Positions 38,213-48,087 of a stretch of DNA of 64,000 bases are shown here, one piece after another (the stretch's first letter is position 1; each line of letters begins with the position of its first letter). A program made the translations under genes and the position numbers. The stretch is from contig JAWLBA010000001.1 in assembly GCA_041395165.1 (NCBI GenBank), forward strand, positions 328,068 to 392,067. The letters are read 5' to 3'. The notes beneath the pieces were generated by a model. It searched no databases, was not told the DNA's origin, and saw only the letters and a program-made list of their open reading frames with translations. Source of the DNA: Verrucomicrobiia bacterium (lineage in GTDB: Bacteria; Verrucomicrobiota; Verrucomicrobiia; JADLBR01; JAIBCM01).

Positions 38213-38704
38213 TTAGTGCTTGTTAATAGAGTTTGATTCTTTTTGTATCCATTTTCCTTCACCGTTTTGGATCCATTCTCCAGGAAAGGAGGAGGCCTGA
38301 AAACGTTGTGCGGATTCTTTTTCTACTGTAGCAAGCAACTGGCTTGTGCGCCGACTTTCCATGGTGTTAATGAATTGGCGATCGGTGTTTTCAGCTTTCA
38401 CGAGCGATTGAATGTAGTCTTCTTGATCTTGCCAAGTGGGTGGAACATTGAGCACGGTTAAGTAGCCATTTTGATTTTCGCCGACAATGCGATTGTCTTT
38501 GAGATTTTGAATTTGAGCCATGCGATTGCGACGCGTAGTCGCGACAGGCGGGAGATTGGTTTCGCTGGCGGTGCTGGGTTTTTGGACGACTTCCACCTTC
38601 ATATTAACATCAATTTTTACGGGTTCTGGAGTGGAAAGACGCACGTTGGGCGTGCAACCGATAAGGAAAAAAATGGAAGGAATAAGGAGAAAAAACAGTG
38701 GCAT
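38213..38704 (-). CDS. fusion of a YnbE-like lipoprotein with a YdbL-like (DUF1318) domain
   Basis: The likely start MPLFFLLIPSIFFLIGCTPNVRLSTPEPVKIDVNMKVEV carries a lipobox and a YnbE-type motif. It is followed by IVGENQNGYLTV...VKAENTDRQ...GEWIQNGEGKWIQK, which is YdbL/DUF1318-type. The track ORF extends to 38857, which would overlap the upstream gene. Confidence 0.65.
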   Translation of the reverse strand: MPLFFLLIPSIFFLIGCTPNVRLSTPEPVKIDVNMKVEVVQKPSTASETNLPPVATTRRNRMAQIQNLKDNRIVGENQNGYLTVLNVPPTWQDQEDYIQSLVKAENTDRQFINTMESRRTSQLLATVEKESAQRFQASSFPGEWIQNGEGKWIQKESNSINKH

Positions 38705-38711
38705 AATCTTG

Positions 38712-40397
38712 TTACGGTTTAGTTGGGGTGTCAGGGAGGTGGTGGTAGCGGAGATTAAAATTGCGTTGGCCTTCTTGTCCATCGAAATTGATTTGAATTG
38801 AGCTGAGTGGTAGTTCATAGGCAAATGTGGCTTGTCCTTTAGAATAATGATAATCACGAAAAGCTTGGAGTAAAATCTTTGTTAAATCCTGTTTGGTGTC
38901 ATTCCAGGAAGAAGGCAGTTTTTTGATGAGTTCGTCGATAGAAATGATTTCGAATTTGCCAGCTGCTTCCATACTAAAAACTCCTTCTGTTTTTTGAACG
39001 ATTTTATTTTGGCCGTGTGCCACAACTTTACCATTAGCCTTGCCTCGAATGAGAATCTGGTCAGGAGAAAGGGTTTGGGTGATGGGCAAAAGATTGATGT
39101 GCGTGGCGGCTAGAGATAATGTCCATTGAAAATTATTGGTGAAAAATAAAGAGGCTTGGCCATTGAGATAGCCGTTGTAAGTGTTGCCACCGAATCCGCC
39201 GTAGATTCCGTTTTCATCGAAGGTAACGGAGAGCCAGAGATCGTTAGCCTTTAAATCTTTCCAGGTAATTTCTCGAATGGTGAGTTGATTAACGATGTTG
39301 TTGGCGTCGAGAACATTTCGAGGTAACGCGAAATCCAATTCGCCTTCCAAGTCTTTGATAAAAACTCCATATTGTTGTCGATAGTCTAAAGTAACTTTAG
39401 GAACGTGAATGCTACTTTTTAAGTGCAGATCAGAAAGGGCGGTGAGAATCATATTAGTTTGTTCGGCTTCGAAGACTAAGGGTAAACGAAAATTGGGTTG
39501 GCCGAGACTGGCAACGGTAACGGCGCCTCCGCGGATTTCGAAGTTGCCGAGAGTCCAAGGAGCGCTCGCTTCTTTTTCTTTTGGTAAACGTTGAAATTGG
39601 TCTCCTAAATATTTGGTGACCCAGAAAAGGTCTTGGCCAATGAAAATTTCGGGCGCGAGAAAGGAGAGTTCTTCTACGCGTTGATTGAGGAGGCCGGAAG
39701 GGGTGAAAGCAACGCGAAGTAGTTCGAAAGAAAAAATGCGCGCTTGAGGATCGAAAGGGGAATACAAAGAGAAATTAGGAATTTCTACAACTTGCAAGCT
39801 TTCTTGGGTCGAGTTGAGGTTGAAATTTTTTAGGTTGATGTTGAGCGGAATAAGGAGAGGGGGAATGCCAGGGCCCAGATCATCAATTTGGATAAGTCCA
39901 TGTTGGATAGTGAGATTTTTAAAAGCGATGGGGAAAGTATTTTTTTTCCGTTTCGAAAGGGTAGGCGAGTTAGGGGTTTTAGACGATTTTAGAGAGCGGC
40001 GAAATTCATGTCGCGCTTTTTTAGCTTTGTGCTTTTGATCTTCTACGATTTGTTCCCAGGAAATGTGCCAGGTAGGGTTGGTAAGAGTTAGTGAATCAAT
40101 AGATCCTCGTGAGATTTTATTGAGATCACCTTTGATGATAGCGGTTTTAATCGTGAGATCTTTATCGATTTTGAGATCGTGAATTTCTAATGTTTTCCGG
40201 TCTTGCCAACGGGCTGAGCCGATTTCTATTTTGATGGGCAAAAATTTTCCTGCCCATAGCAACCAGCTTTTAGGAAAAAGAGCAAGAGAGCCAACACCCA
40301 AAATGCATGCTAGTAAAGAAATACTTAAGACTAAAATGATTCCATATTTTAATTTTTTCAAGTGGCGCGATTTTTTTGGAGTAATAGGTGAAGTCAT
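38712..40397 (-). CDS. YdbH-like (AsmA-like superfamily) membrane-anchored protein
   Basis: An N-terminal TM segment (GIILVLSISLLACILGVGSLALF) followed by a long beta-rich sequence. The assignment rests mainly on position immediately upstream of ynbE/ydbL homologues, as in the E. coli ydbH-ynbE-ydbL operon. Confidence 0.5.
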   Translation of the reverse strand: MTSPITPKKSRHLKKLKYGIILVLSISLLACILGVGSLALFPKSWLLWAGKFLPIKIEIGSARWQDRKTLEIHDLKIDKDLTIKTAIIKGDLNKISRGSIDSLTLTNPTWHISWEQIVEDQKHKAKKARHEFRRSLKSSKTPNSPTLSKRKKNTFPIAFKNLTIQHGLIQIDDLGPGIPPLLIPLNINLKNFNLNSTQESLQVVEIPNFSLYSPFDPQARIFSFELLRVAFTPSGLLNQRVEELSFLAPEIFIGQDLFWVTKYLGDQFQRLPKEKEASAPWTLGNFEIRGGAVTVASLGQPNFRLPLVFEAEQTNMILTALSDLHLKSSIHVPKVTLDYRQQYGVFIKDLEGELDFALPRNVLDANNIVNQLTIREITWKDLKANDLWLSVTFDENGIYGGFGGNTYNGYLNGQASLFFTNNFQWTLSLAATHINLLPITQTLSPDQILIRGKANGKVVAHGQNKIVQKTEGVFSMEAAGKFEIISIDELIKKLPSSWNDTKQDLTKILLQAFRDYHYSKGQATFAYELPLSSIQINFDGQEGQRNFNLRYHHLPDTPTKP

Positions 40398-41008
40398 GGG
40401 GTGGCAGGAAGGAGCGAGCTTTTTTCCAGAGCATAGCGAGCGATTTGGGCAGGGATTTCGCTAAAGTGATGGAGATGATAAAAATAATGAGGTTGATCAT
40501 CGAGCGGATAAGTGACGGGTTGGGGATTGGAAGATTGACTGTAATCGTAATAAATAATCTTTGGTAAGAAGAATTCAACGGTTTGGATGTCGATAAAACT
40601 TTTGGAAAAGGAGGAGGAAGGGAGAGTGGCGAGTCGTGTGACATTAATACCTGATGAAGGAGTTTTGGTGATAACGAGTTCTTCGAGGGTTATGGATATT
40701 TTAGCGATTTGAAGTTGGTTTTGTTCCCAGACTTTTTCTGCTGTCACTAAGTCGAGTTGGGAAATGGTAGCTGCTTCGGGTCGAGGGAAGTCGATGGGGT
40801 TGGTAAGAAAAAGTTTTTGAGCGGTGAGTTGAATGGGAAGTTGAGCCGGCATTTTGACTTGGTCGATTTGTAAAGCAAATGAGGTAAAGTGTCGGATGCT
40901 CCATTCTAAAAGGTATTTGCCTAGCGATTCGCGAAAGAAATAGAGACCAAAAAGTAACAGGACAAGAAATCCAATTACATTGCACAGGCTGCGAAAGAGT
41001 CGAAACAT
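40394..41008 (-). CDS. membrane-anchored hypothetical protein; possibly an N-terminal module of the YdbH-like system
   Basis: N-terminal TM segment NVIGFLVLLLFGLYFF. Its stop overlaps the next gene's start by 4 nt (ATGA). Confidence 0.4.
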   Translation of the reverse strand: MFRLFRSLCNVIGFLVLLLFGLYFFRESLGKYLLEWSIRHFTSFALQIDQVKMPAQLPIQLTAQKLFLTNPIDFPRPEAATISQLDLVTAEKVWEQNQLQIAKISITLEELVITKTPSSGINVTRLATLPSSSFSKSFIDIQTVEFFLPKIIYYDYSQSSNPQPVTYPLDDQPHYFYHLHHFSEIPAQIARYALEKSSLLPATP

Positions 41009-41098
41009 GATAGAATTAGTTTAGAACGAGTCGGGGAATTGGAAAGGAGGAATGTAAAATCGCTTGTGCTTTTTCTTTTTCTCTTTTGAAATAGGATA

Positions 41099-41467
41099 AT
41101 GAAACATTCTCAAGAGTTTTTACAGTTGGTAGAACGGGTGAAACCTCAAATTAAAGAATTGACGATGGCTGAGGTAAGAGTTCATTTGGAAAGAAATCCG
41201 CAAGCTCGATTAATTGATGTGCGAGAAGATCACGAATGGAAAGAGAGTCATGCTGAGAGGGCCATGCACTTGGGAAGAGGTATTATTGAACGCGATATTG
41301 TAGCGCAGGTGCCAGATAAAACTATGGAGTTAATTTTGTATTGCGGTGGAGGTTATCGCTCCGCTTTAGTGGCAGCGAATTTGCAAATGATGGGTTATCA
41401 GAAAGTTTTTTCGTTGGTGGGAGGTTTTCGCGCGATTCAGGAATCGGGTTATCCGGTTGTGGTTTAG
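41099..41467 (+). CDS. rhodanese-domain sulfurtransferase
   Basis: Active-site loop YCGGGYRS within a typical single-domain rhodanese. Confidence 0.85.
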   Translation: MKHSQEFLQLVERVKPQIKELTMAEVRVHLERNPQARLIDVREDHEWKESHAERAMHLGRGIIERDIVAQVPDKTMELILYCGGGYRSALVAANLQMMGYQKVFSLVGGFRAIQESGYPVVV

Positions 41468-42654
41468 TTTTCTTCAATAAGAAAAGCGGCGCAAGCGGTG
41501 TAACCGTGAGTGTAGATGCGATTGCCGATGGGGCCAATTTCACCATTGCAAAAAAAGCCGACTAAAGGCAAAGGGCCCAATTCTTTTTCCAGGTATCGGA
41601 TGTCGTTGTGAGGTTTTCCATAGAGGGTTTTGCCGCGACCATTACACAGGCAGAGAAGGGCGGCTTTAATTTGAGAAGGGTGAATTTGGGATTTGAGTTG
41701 GTTCAGAGAAAAGTCCAGTTGTTGTATGGCTACATTCGGATCGCGCATATGAAATTGCACCATTTGATTGTTTCGAGGACGCATTCCGATTACTAATGAT
41801 CCAATCTCTTCATTAATCCCGATAATGTTGTGGATTAAAAAATCTCCCAGTTGAAAATTTTTTCGGTAATCATGAATAGCGAGTCCGAGGTAGAGATTGT
41901 TTCGGATTTGTTTTCGAGTGGTATCATCAATCTGGGTAAAAAGTTGAGTCAAGGCGATTAGCGCGCTATTATCGTCCAAGCGGTGAATGACATTTTCTGT
42001 AGCTTGAGTAATAGCGTAGGGTTTGCCAATCGGTTTGCATCCTTGCGAGACTAAGGTTCGGACTTGGTAAGGCCCCTCTAAAAACACGACTAAAGCGCCT
42101 GTTGTTAAGATGTCTTGATTGTGGAAAAGAAAGGTTTGATATTCCCCACTACCACTAGTAGCCATGCCGCCAATCATGGGAACGTCTGGATAGGCATTGC
42201 TTAATTGTTCGGTTAATTGTTGAACACGCATGGTGAAGGGATCGGCAAAAATAAAAACTCCTTGGACAGATTCTGGTGAGCATTCGGTTTCGTAATGCCA
42301 AAATCCTGGACCAGAAGATTCATCTAAAAAATTTTGTGTAACAGTCTGAATAGTAGCCTTGAGTTTGGGAAAGGGTAATAATAAAACACTGATGGCCGTC
42401 TCATCTTCGTATTCTTTATGATTTCCGATAACGCCACTACTGGAACAGCCTACGAATTGCTGCGGGTGAAAAATTTCATCAATTAACGTTAAAATTTCTC
42501 TGTAGGCTTTTTGATGTTTTCCAGAAATAAAAACTAAAGCGAGCGAAATAGGCTGAGAAACCAGCTTGTTATTTTTTTGAAAATCATAACGAATGTCTTC
42601 CAATGAAAGAGATTTTGTTATAAATGCAATAGCCTCATCCATACCATGACCCAT
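41464..42654 (-). CDS. FIST-domain (FIST_N plus FIST_C) sensory protein
   Basis: The C-terminal GFFCNGEIGP motif and overall length are typical of FIST proteins. Confidence 0.65.
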   Translation of the reverse strand: MGHGMDEAIAFITKSLSLEDIRYDFQKNNKLVSQPISLALVFISGKHQKAYREILTLIDEIFHPQQFVGCSSSGVIGNHKEYEDETAISVLLLPFPKLKATIQTVTQNFLDESSGPGFWHYETECSPESVQGVFIFADPFTMRVQQLTEQLSNAYPDVPMIGGMATSGSGEYQTFLFHNQDILTTGALVVFLEGPYQVRTLVSQGCKPIGKPYAITQATENVIHRLDDNSALIALTQLFTQIDDTTRKQIRNNLYLGLAIHDYRKNFQLGDFLIHNIIGINEEIGSLVIGMRPRNNQMVQFHMRDPNVAIQQLDFSLNQLKSQIHPSQIKAALLCLCNGRGKTLYGKPHNDIRYLEKELGPLPLVGFFCNGEIGPIGNRIYTHGYTACAAFLIEEN

Positions 42655-42782
42655 TATTTTAACATATTTTATATGATTCTTGGCCGAAGCAATCCTCTAT
42701 TTTATTATTTTTATGATGTAGATTATTATTCATTCCTTAAAAAGTCTTTTTATCGGGTCTTTTAATATTACACTGAAATCTT

Positions 42783-43886
42783 ATGTTACAAGTAGGAATT
42801 GTAGGATTACCGAATGTTGGAAAAAGTACACTCTTTAATGCGGTGACTAAAACGCGCAATGCACAAGCGGCTAATTACCCTTTTTGCACCATTGATCCCA
42901 ACACGGGCATGGTTACTGTGCCCGATGTGCGATTGGAGCGGTTGAGCCAACTTTCGCATTCTCAAAAAGTGATTCCGGCGGCCATTGAGTTTATCGATAT
43001 TGCAGGTTTGGTGAAAGGTGCTAGCCAAGGTGAAGGATTAGGTAATCAGTTTTTGGCTCATATTCGACAAGGCGATGCCATAGTTCAGGTTGTGCGCTGT
43101 TTTGAGGATGAAAATATTCATCACGTGAGCGGTAGAATTGATCCTTTAAGCGATATTGAAGTGATTAACACGGAGTTAGTGCTAGCTGATTTAGCGACCC
43201 TTCAAAAACGGAGTGAACGTTTACAGAAACAGGTGCGTGCGGGGGATCGGGAGGCTAAAAAGGAATTGGATTTGCTGCAGAAACTAGAGCCTCACTTGAA
43301 TCAAAATCTTCCAGCTCGGACGTTTTCTTTTACTGACGATGAGAAAAAAATAGCGGCCTCGCTTCATTTTTTGAGCATGAAACCCACACTATTTGCCTGT
43401 AATGTAGCAGAAAAAGATTTGGCTGTAGCTTCTCAGAATGCTTTTGTTAAACAAGTTCAGGATTATGTCGCAAAACATTTAGATGCTGAAGTGGTAGTCA
43501 TTTCAGCTCAAATTGAAGCGGATTTAGTTGATCTATCGGCTGAAGATGCTGGCGCCTATCTCAAAGAGCTTGGAGTGGAAGAATCAGGAGTGGGTGCATT
43601 AATTCGCGGGGCTTACCATCTTTTAGGTTTGCAGACCTATTTTACTACCGGCGAGAAAGAGACGCGCGCTTGGACCATTCACAAAGGAGACACGGCACCT
43701 CGCGCAGCAGGAGTGATTCATACCGATTTTGAACGAGGTTTTATTGCAGCCGAAACTGTAGCTTACGATGATTTGATGACTCTAGGTTCTTTTGCAAAGG
43801 CAAGAGAAATGGGTAAACTTCGTCTTGAAGGCAAAGAATATATTGTCAAAGATGGTGATGTGATGGAATTTCGTTTTAATGTATAA
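42783..43886 (+). CDS. ychF: ribosome-binding ATPase YchF
   Basis: GIVGLPNVGKSTLFNA, the DIAGLVKGAS motif and the C-terminal TGS-like DGDVMEFRFNV. Confidence 0.95.
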   Translation: MLQVGIVGLPNVGKSTLFNAVTKTRNAQAANYPFCTIDPNTGMVTVPDVRLERLSQLSHSQKVIPAAIEFIDIAGLVKGASQGEGLGNQFLAHIRQGDAIVQVVRCFEDENIHHVSGRIDPLSDIEVINTELVLADLATLQKRSERLQKQVRAGDREAKKELDLLQKLEPHLNQNLPARTFSFTDDEKKIAASLHFLSMKPTLFACNVAEKDLAVASQNAFVKQVQDYVAKHLDAEVVVISAQIEADLVDLSAEDAGAYLKELGVEESGVGALIRGAYHLLGLQTYFTTGEKETRAWTIHKGDTAPRAAGVIHTDFERGFIAAETVAYDDLMTLGSFAKAREMGKLRLEGKEYIVKDGDVMEFRFNV

Positions 43887-43993
43887 AATTGCGTCATTTT
43901 GACACATTCTTGATTTAAGCTTTTTGTAATCAAAGAGAGGGTGGTTCTTTATTTATCCTCTGATTTGCTAGGGGATTGGATTTGGAAAAAGAT

Positions 43994-44009
43994 TGGCATA
44001 AAATTTGTT
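43994..44009 (+). promoter_or_regulatory. sigma54-like motif upstream of clpB (TGGCAT-N5-TTGT)
   Basis: TGGCATAAAATTTGTT starts exactly 27 nt before the clpB ATG. The -12 element is GT rather than GC. Confidence 0.3.
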
Positions 44010-44020
44010 AGTAAAGAATT

Positions 44021-46642
44021 ATGGACTTTAGCAAATTTACTGAAAAAGCGTCGGGCGCTTTAATGGAAGCCCAAACCGTTGCAACTCAATTGGGCCATCA
44101 AGCGGTTGACGTAGAACATCTCCTAAAAGCATTGCTTCAACAACCTGAAGGTTTGGCGCCGCGTTTATTGGAGCGTGTGCCGGTTTCGCTCGACTTATTG
44201 AAAAGCCAGTTAGACGAAGCTTTGGCAAAACAACCCTCTGTTAAAAGCGGCAGCACACAACCGATGGGTGGAGTTTATGTCACGCAGCGTTTGAATCAGT
44301 TATTAGCGAGTGCCCAAGAAGAAGCCAAACGGCTCAAAGATGACTACACGAGTGTAGAGCATTTATTATTAGCCATGTTGAGCGAGTCGGAAACTACTAC
44401 GATTCAAAAAATTTTCAAAAAGATAGGGCTTAATAAAAATAATTTTCTTGCAGCCATGACCGCTGTGCGCGGAAATCAACGTGTGACAACTCAAAATCCT
44501 GAAGGAACATATGAAGCGCTAGAAAAATATGGTCGCGATCTCACGCGGGCAGCGCAGCAAAACAAACTTGATCCCGTGATAGGTCGCGACACAGAAATTC
44601 GTCGCGCCATCCAAGTGCTTTCGCGTCGCACCAAGAATAATCCCGTGCTCATTGGCGAGCCAGGTGTGGGTAAAACTGCGATTGTGGAAGGCCTTGCGCG
44701 TCGAATTGTTTCTGGCGATGTGCCCGAGAGTTTAAAAAATAAAAAGATTATTGCTTTGGATATGGGCGCTTTGATTGCAGGGGCCAAATATCGCGGTGAA
44801 TTCGAAGAACGTTTGAAAGCAGTATTGCAAGAGGTAACCAAAGCGGAGGGAGAAATTATTCTTTTTATTGACGAAATTCATACCGTAGTGGGAGCGGGAA
44901 AAACCGAAGGCTCCATGGATGCGGGCAATATGTTAAAACCCATGTTGGCACGTGGCGAATTGCATTGTATTGGAGCGACCACTTTGGACGAATATCGTCA
45001 ATACATTGAAAAAGATGCTGCTTTAGAACGACGTTTTCAGCCTGTTATGGTGGATGAGCCAAACGTCGAAGACACCATTTCTATTTTGCGCGGGTTGCGT
45101 CAGCGTTACGAAGTGCATCACGGTGTTCGCATTCAGGACAGTGCTCTAGTTGCTGCTGCGACACTTTCGCATCGTTATATTTCAGACCGATTTTTACCAG
45201 ATAAGGCGATTGATCTCATGGACGAAGCGGCTGCCAAACTTCGCACCGAAATTGAAAGTATGCCGGAAGAGTTGGAAACCTTGGAACGGCGACTCATGCA
45301 GCTGGAAATCGAGCGGGAGGCGTTGCGACGCGAAAAAGATTCCGCTTCGCAAGAGCGTTTGACTAATTTAGAAAAAGAAATTGCCAATCAAAAATCCAAA
45401 CGCGACACCCTAAAAGCTCAGTGGGAAAATGAAAAACAATCGGTTGAGAAAGTTCGAGCTTTGCGTCGTGATATTGAACAAATTCGCAACCAAATAGAAA
45501 TAGCGCAACGTCAACAAGATTATAATAAAGCGGCCGAGCTGCAATATGGTAAACTTCCTACCTTGGAAAAGGAGCTTCAAGAGAAAGAAAAAGCCATTCT
45601 CTCAACAAAAGAAAATAAGCCTTTAATCCAAGAAGAAGTCACTGCGGAAGAAATTGCCGAAGTCGTTTCGCGTTGGAGCGGCATTCCCGTTTCGCGATTG
45701 ATGGAAGGAGAAAAAGCTAAGCTTTTAGTTTTGGATGAGATTTTGCATGAACGTGTCATTGGCCAGGACGAAGCGGTGCAAGCCGTTTCCGATGCGGTCA
45801 TTCGCGCGCGCAGTGGATTGAAGGATCCGAAGCGTCCGATCGGTTCTTTCATTTTTTTGGGACCGACAGGTGTAGGTAAAACAGAGTTGGCCCGCGCTTT
45901 GGCGGAAAGTCTTTTTGATAGTGAAGAAAATATGATTCGTATCGACATGAGCGAATATATGGAAAAGCACACGGTGGCTCGGTTGATTGGTGCGCCTCCG
46001 GGGTATATTGGTTACGAAGAAGGAGGGCAACTAACCGAAGCCGTGCGACGCAAACCGTATTGCGTGATTCTTTTTGATGAGATCGAAAAAGCGCATCACG
46101 ACGTTTTTAATGTTTTCTTGCAAATTCTGGACGATGGTCGTTTGACCGATAGCCAAGGTCGCACAGTAGATTTTAAAAACACCCTGATCATTATGACTTC
46201 TAATATTGGTAGCCCGATTTTGATGGAAGGTGTTACGGAAAAAGGAGAAATTGCCGAATCGGCTCGCAAGCAAATCATGGACGAAATGCGTCGCCATTTT
46301 CGTCCTGAATTTTTGAATCGTGTGGATGAAATTGTTTTATTTAAACCGCTTACTTTGCAGGAGATTAAACGCATTGTGGATTTGCAACTGGATTTGTTGC
46401 GAAAACGTTTAGCGGATCGTTTTATTCAGCTTGAACTTACTGAAGCAGCGAAAGAGTTTATTGCGCGCGAAGGGTATGATCCCGTTTATGGCGCACGCCC
46501 TTTAAAACGCTTTTTACAGCGCGAAGTGGAAACGGCACTTTCTCGAAAAATGTTGCAGGGCGAAATTCCAGAACATTCGGGTGTGAAAGTGGATTTTCGA
46601 ACTGGTAAATTAGAGTTTATGGTAAAACCTTTGAAGTATTGA
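44021..46642 (+). CDS. clpB: ATP-dependent chaperone ClpB
   Basis: A Clp_N domain, two AAA+ modules ([10 protein letters not shown] and [11 protein letters not shown]) and the long coiled-coil middle domain. Confidence 0.97.
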   Translation: MDFSKFTEKASGALMEAQTVATQLGHQAVDVEHLLKALLQQPEGLAPRLLERVPVSLDLLKSQLDEALAKQPSVKSGSTQPMGGVYVTQRLNQLLASAQEEAKRLKDDYTSVEHLLLAMLSESETTTIQKIFKKIGLNKNNFLAAMTAVRGNQRVTTQNPEGTYEALEKYGRDLTRAAQQNKLDPVIGRDTEIRRAIQVLSRRTKNNPVLIGEPGVGKTAIVEGLARRIVSGDVPESLKNKKIIALDMGALIAGAKYRGEFEERLKAVLQEVTKAEGEIILFIDEIHTVVGAGKTEGSMDAGNMLKPMLARGELHCIGATTLDEYRQYIEKDAALERRFQPVMVDEPNVEDTISILRGLRQRYEVHHGVRIQDSALVAAATLSHRYISDRFLPDKAIDLMDEAAAKLRTEIESMPEELETLERRLMQLEIEREALRREKDSASQERLTNLEKEIANQKSKRDTLKAQWENEKQSVEKVRALRRDIEQIRNQIEIAQRQQDYNKAAELQYGKLPTLEKELQEKEKAILSTKENKPLIQEEVTAEEIAEVVSRWSGIPVSRLMEGEKAKLLVLDEILHERVIGQDEAVQAVSDAVIRARSGLKDPKRPIGSFIFLGPTGVGKTELARALAESLFDSEENMIRIDMSEYMEKHTVARLIGAPPGYIGYEEGGQLTEAVRRKPYCVILFDEIEKAHHDVFNVFLQILDDGRLTDSQGRTVDFKNTLIIMTSNIGSPILMEGVTEKGEIAESARKQIMDEMRRHFRPEFLNRVDEIVLFKPLTLQEIKRIVDLQLDLLRKRLADRFIQLELTEAAKEFIAREGYDPVYGARPLKRFLQREVETALSRKMLQGEIPEHSGVKVDFRTGKLEFMVKPLKY

Positions 46643-46782
46643 TAAGATTGTGAAATGTTTTAAAAAGAATTTATATTTAGCCCGGAAAATTTTAAGGATG
46701 TTATTAAAAGAAAAAATTAGTAATCGAAACAGTAGCTTTGCCAGATTAAATCATTGTCAAATTTAGTAAACTTGACAAAAAT

Positions 46783-47277
46783 ATGCCTATAAAAAAACAA
46801 AATAACGATATTTTTAAAATTGATGAACCAGCTTTAAATCAACTTAAGCCCGAGGGGATTATTAAAGTTAAAGATCTAGTTAAAATGCTTGGAGTAGATG
46901 AAAAAGAATTCGAGCGTCTCAATCCTAAACTTGCCAATACAGATATTCAAATAAAATGTGTAGGCAATAAAACTATCGGCACTTTTCCAATTTCTGAGGG
47001 AGAGAAGCTTGAAGTAGGAGATATTTCTATTCCTGCTAACACAACTGGAACCATTACTGTGGATGATAAGGGAATTAAAATAGAAACTTCCAATAAAATC
47101 TCTTATGATGCTCCAGGACCTATTAATCCTAAAATATCACAAGTCACGTTTGACAAAAAAGGAGTTTTTCAAGACTCTGATATTAATATTGGAGAAGGCA
47201 AATTAGAAAAATTGCTTAATGAGCATTCCAATAAAATTGCTGATGTTCCTAAAATCATGCAAAAAAATTGTTTATAG
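46783..47277 (+). CDS. hypothetical protein in an AT-rich insert
   Basis: Support is the ORF alone. VKDLVKMLGVDEKEFERLNP is vaguely LysM-like. Confidence 0.35.
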   Translation: MPIKKQNNDIFKIDEPALNQLKPEGIIKVKDLVKMLGVDEKEFERLNPKLANTDIQIKCVGNKTIGTFPISEGEKLEVGDISIPANTTGTITVDDKGIKIETSNKISYDAPGPINPKISQVTFDKKGVFQDSDINIGEGKLEKLLNEHSNKIADVPKIMQKNCL

Positions 47278-47368
47278 TTGATCCTTTATAAAAATTCTTT
47301 TTGTTAAGATTAGTTTTTCGTCATTGGCTCGATAAGGTTAATGCTGTTTATAAATTATAGCACTTGAT

Positions 47369-47505
47369 CCTTAAAGTGTTTTTTGCAGCGCGAAGTGCAA
47401 GCAGCTTTGTCTTGAAAAATGTTGCAGGGCGAAATTCCGGAGCATTCTGGCGTCAAAGTTGACTTTCGAGCGGGCAAGCTTGAGTTTGATATTAAAAATC
47501 TTTAA
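47369..47505 (+). pseudogene. diverged duplicate of the clpB 3' end (last ~45 codons) with an internal stop
   Basis: Hand translation gives [40 protein letters not shown]. The intact clpB reads [43 protein letters not shown]. By hand count, 87 of 108 aligned nt are identical (46511-46618 against 47380-47487). Confidence 0.75.
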
Positions 47506-47514
47506 TCCTTAATA

Positions 47515-48057
47515 ATGGTAAAATTAGTTGCTATATTATCTATATTGGGCGTCACAAGATTTATCATTCACTCCCAGAACTTAGTTGAAAACGGCGGTTT
47601 TGATCAGGGATTGCGTGGTTGGAAGATTAAAGGCGGAAACATTAAATTGGCCAATGAAATTAATGGTTCTAAAAAGAACCCCATTTTAATGGTTGAACTT
47701 AATAAAAAGAAACAAAGCTTTTATCGAGAGTATGAATTCAAAGAGGGAATGGAATTTGTTAAAATCACATTTAAAGTAAAAACGAGCGAAGATTTTGCGA
47801 TATGCGAAGGAACTCAAAATTTTTTAGAGCTAGAGTTTTTAAATAAATTAACTTGTGATGAATATGCTTATTGGTCTCCTGAAATAAAACGTTCCATGAA
47901 TTGGGTTGAAAAAAGTGATATTTTTAAGATTAATAAACTCTATTTTGAGTCGGAATCTCAGACAAAACCACAGTTTGGAATTATCCTTCATGCAGGAGTA
48001 GGAAAAATTTATTTTGATGATTTTAGAGTGGAGCCAGCGAGTCGTGGCCCTTATTGA
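47515..48057 (+). CDS. small secreted protein with a CBM4/9-like (galactose-binding-like) flavour; paralogue 1
   Basis: A signal-like N-terminus, then NLVENGGFDQGLRGWKIKGG near the N-terminus and GKIYFDDFRVE near the C-terminus. Confidence 0.45.
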   Translation: MVKLVAILSILGVTRFIIHSQNLVENGGFDQGLRGWKIKGGNIKLANEINGSKKNPILMVELNKKKQSFYREYEFKEGMEFVKITFKVKTSEDFAICEGTQNFLELEFLNKLTCDEYAYWSPEIKRSMNWVEKSDIFKINKLYFESESQTKPQFGIILHAGVGKIYFDDFRVEPASRGPY

Positions 48058-48087
48058 CAGGGTTAAAAAAAACTTTAAAACTCATTT

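Noticed and set aside
38705-38857. An N-terminal extension of the ynbE-ydbL ORF (51 extra codons in the track).
   Set aside because: The extension overlaps the 3' end of the upstream ydbH-like gene and precedes a perfect lipoprotein signal peptide. The start at 38704 is far more plausible.
44037-46374. Numerous 60-130-aa ORFs antisense to or out of frame within clpB (for example 44491..44841, 45577..45972 and 46096..46374).
   Set aside because: They lie entirely inside a highly conserved, uninterrupted clpB. Their sequences are low-complexity and Arg/Ser-rich, as is typical of antisense artefacts.
46755-46779. A 7-bp inverted repeat, TTGTCAA-N11-TTGACAA, upstream of the 164-aa ORF, considered as a regulatory operator.
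   Set aside because: It is short and sits in very AT-rich sequence, so it could easily arise by chance. There is no second copy or associated regulator.
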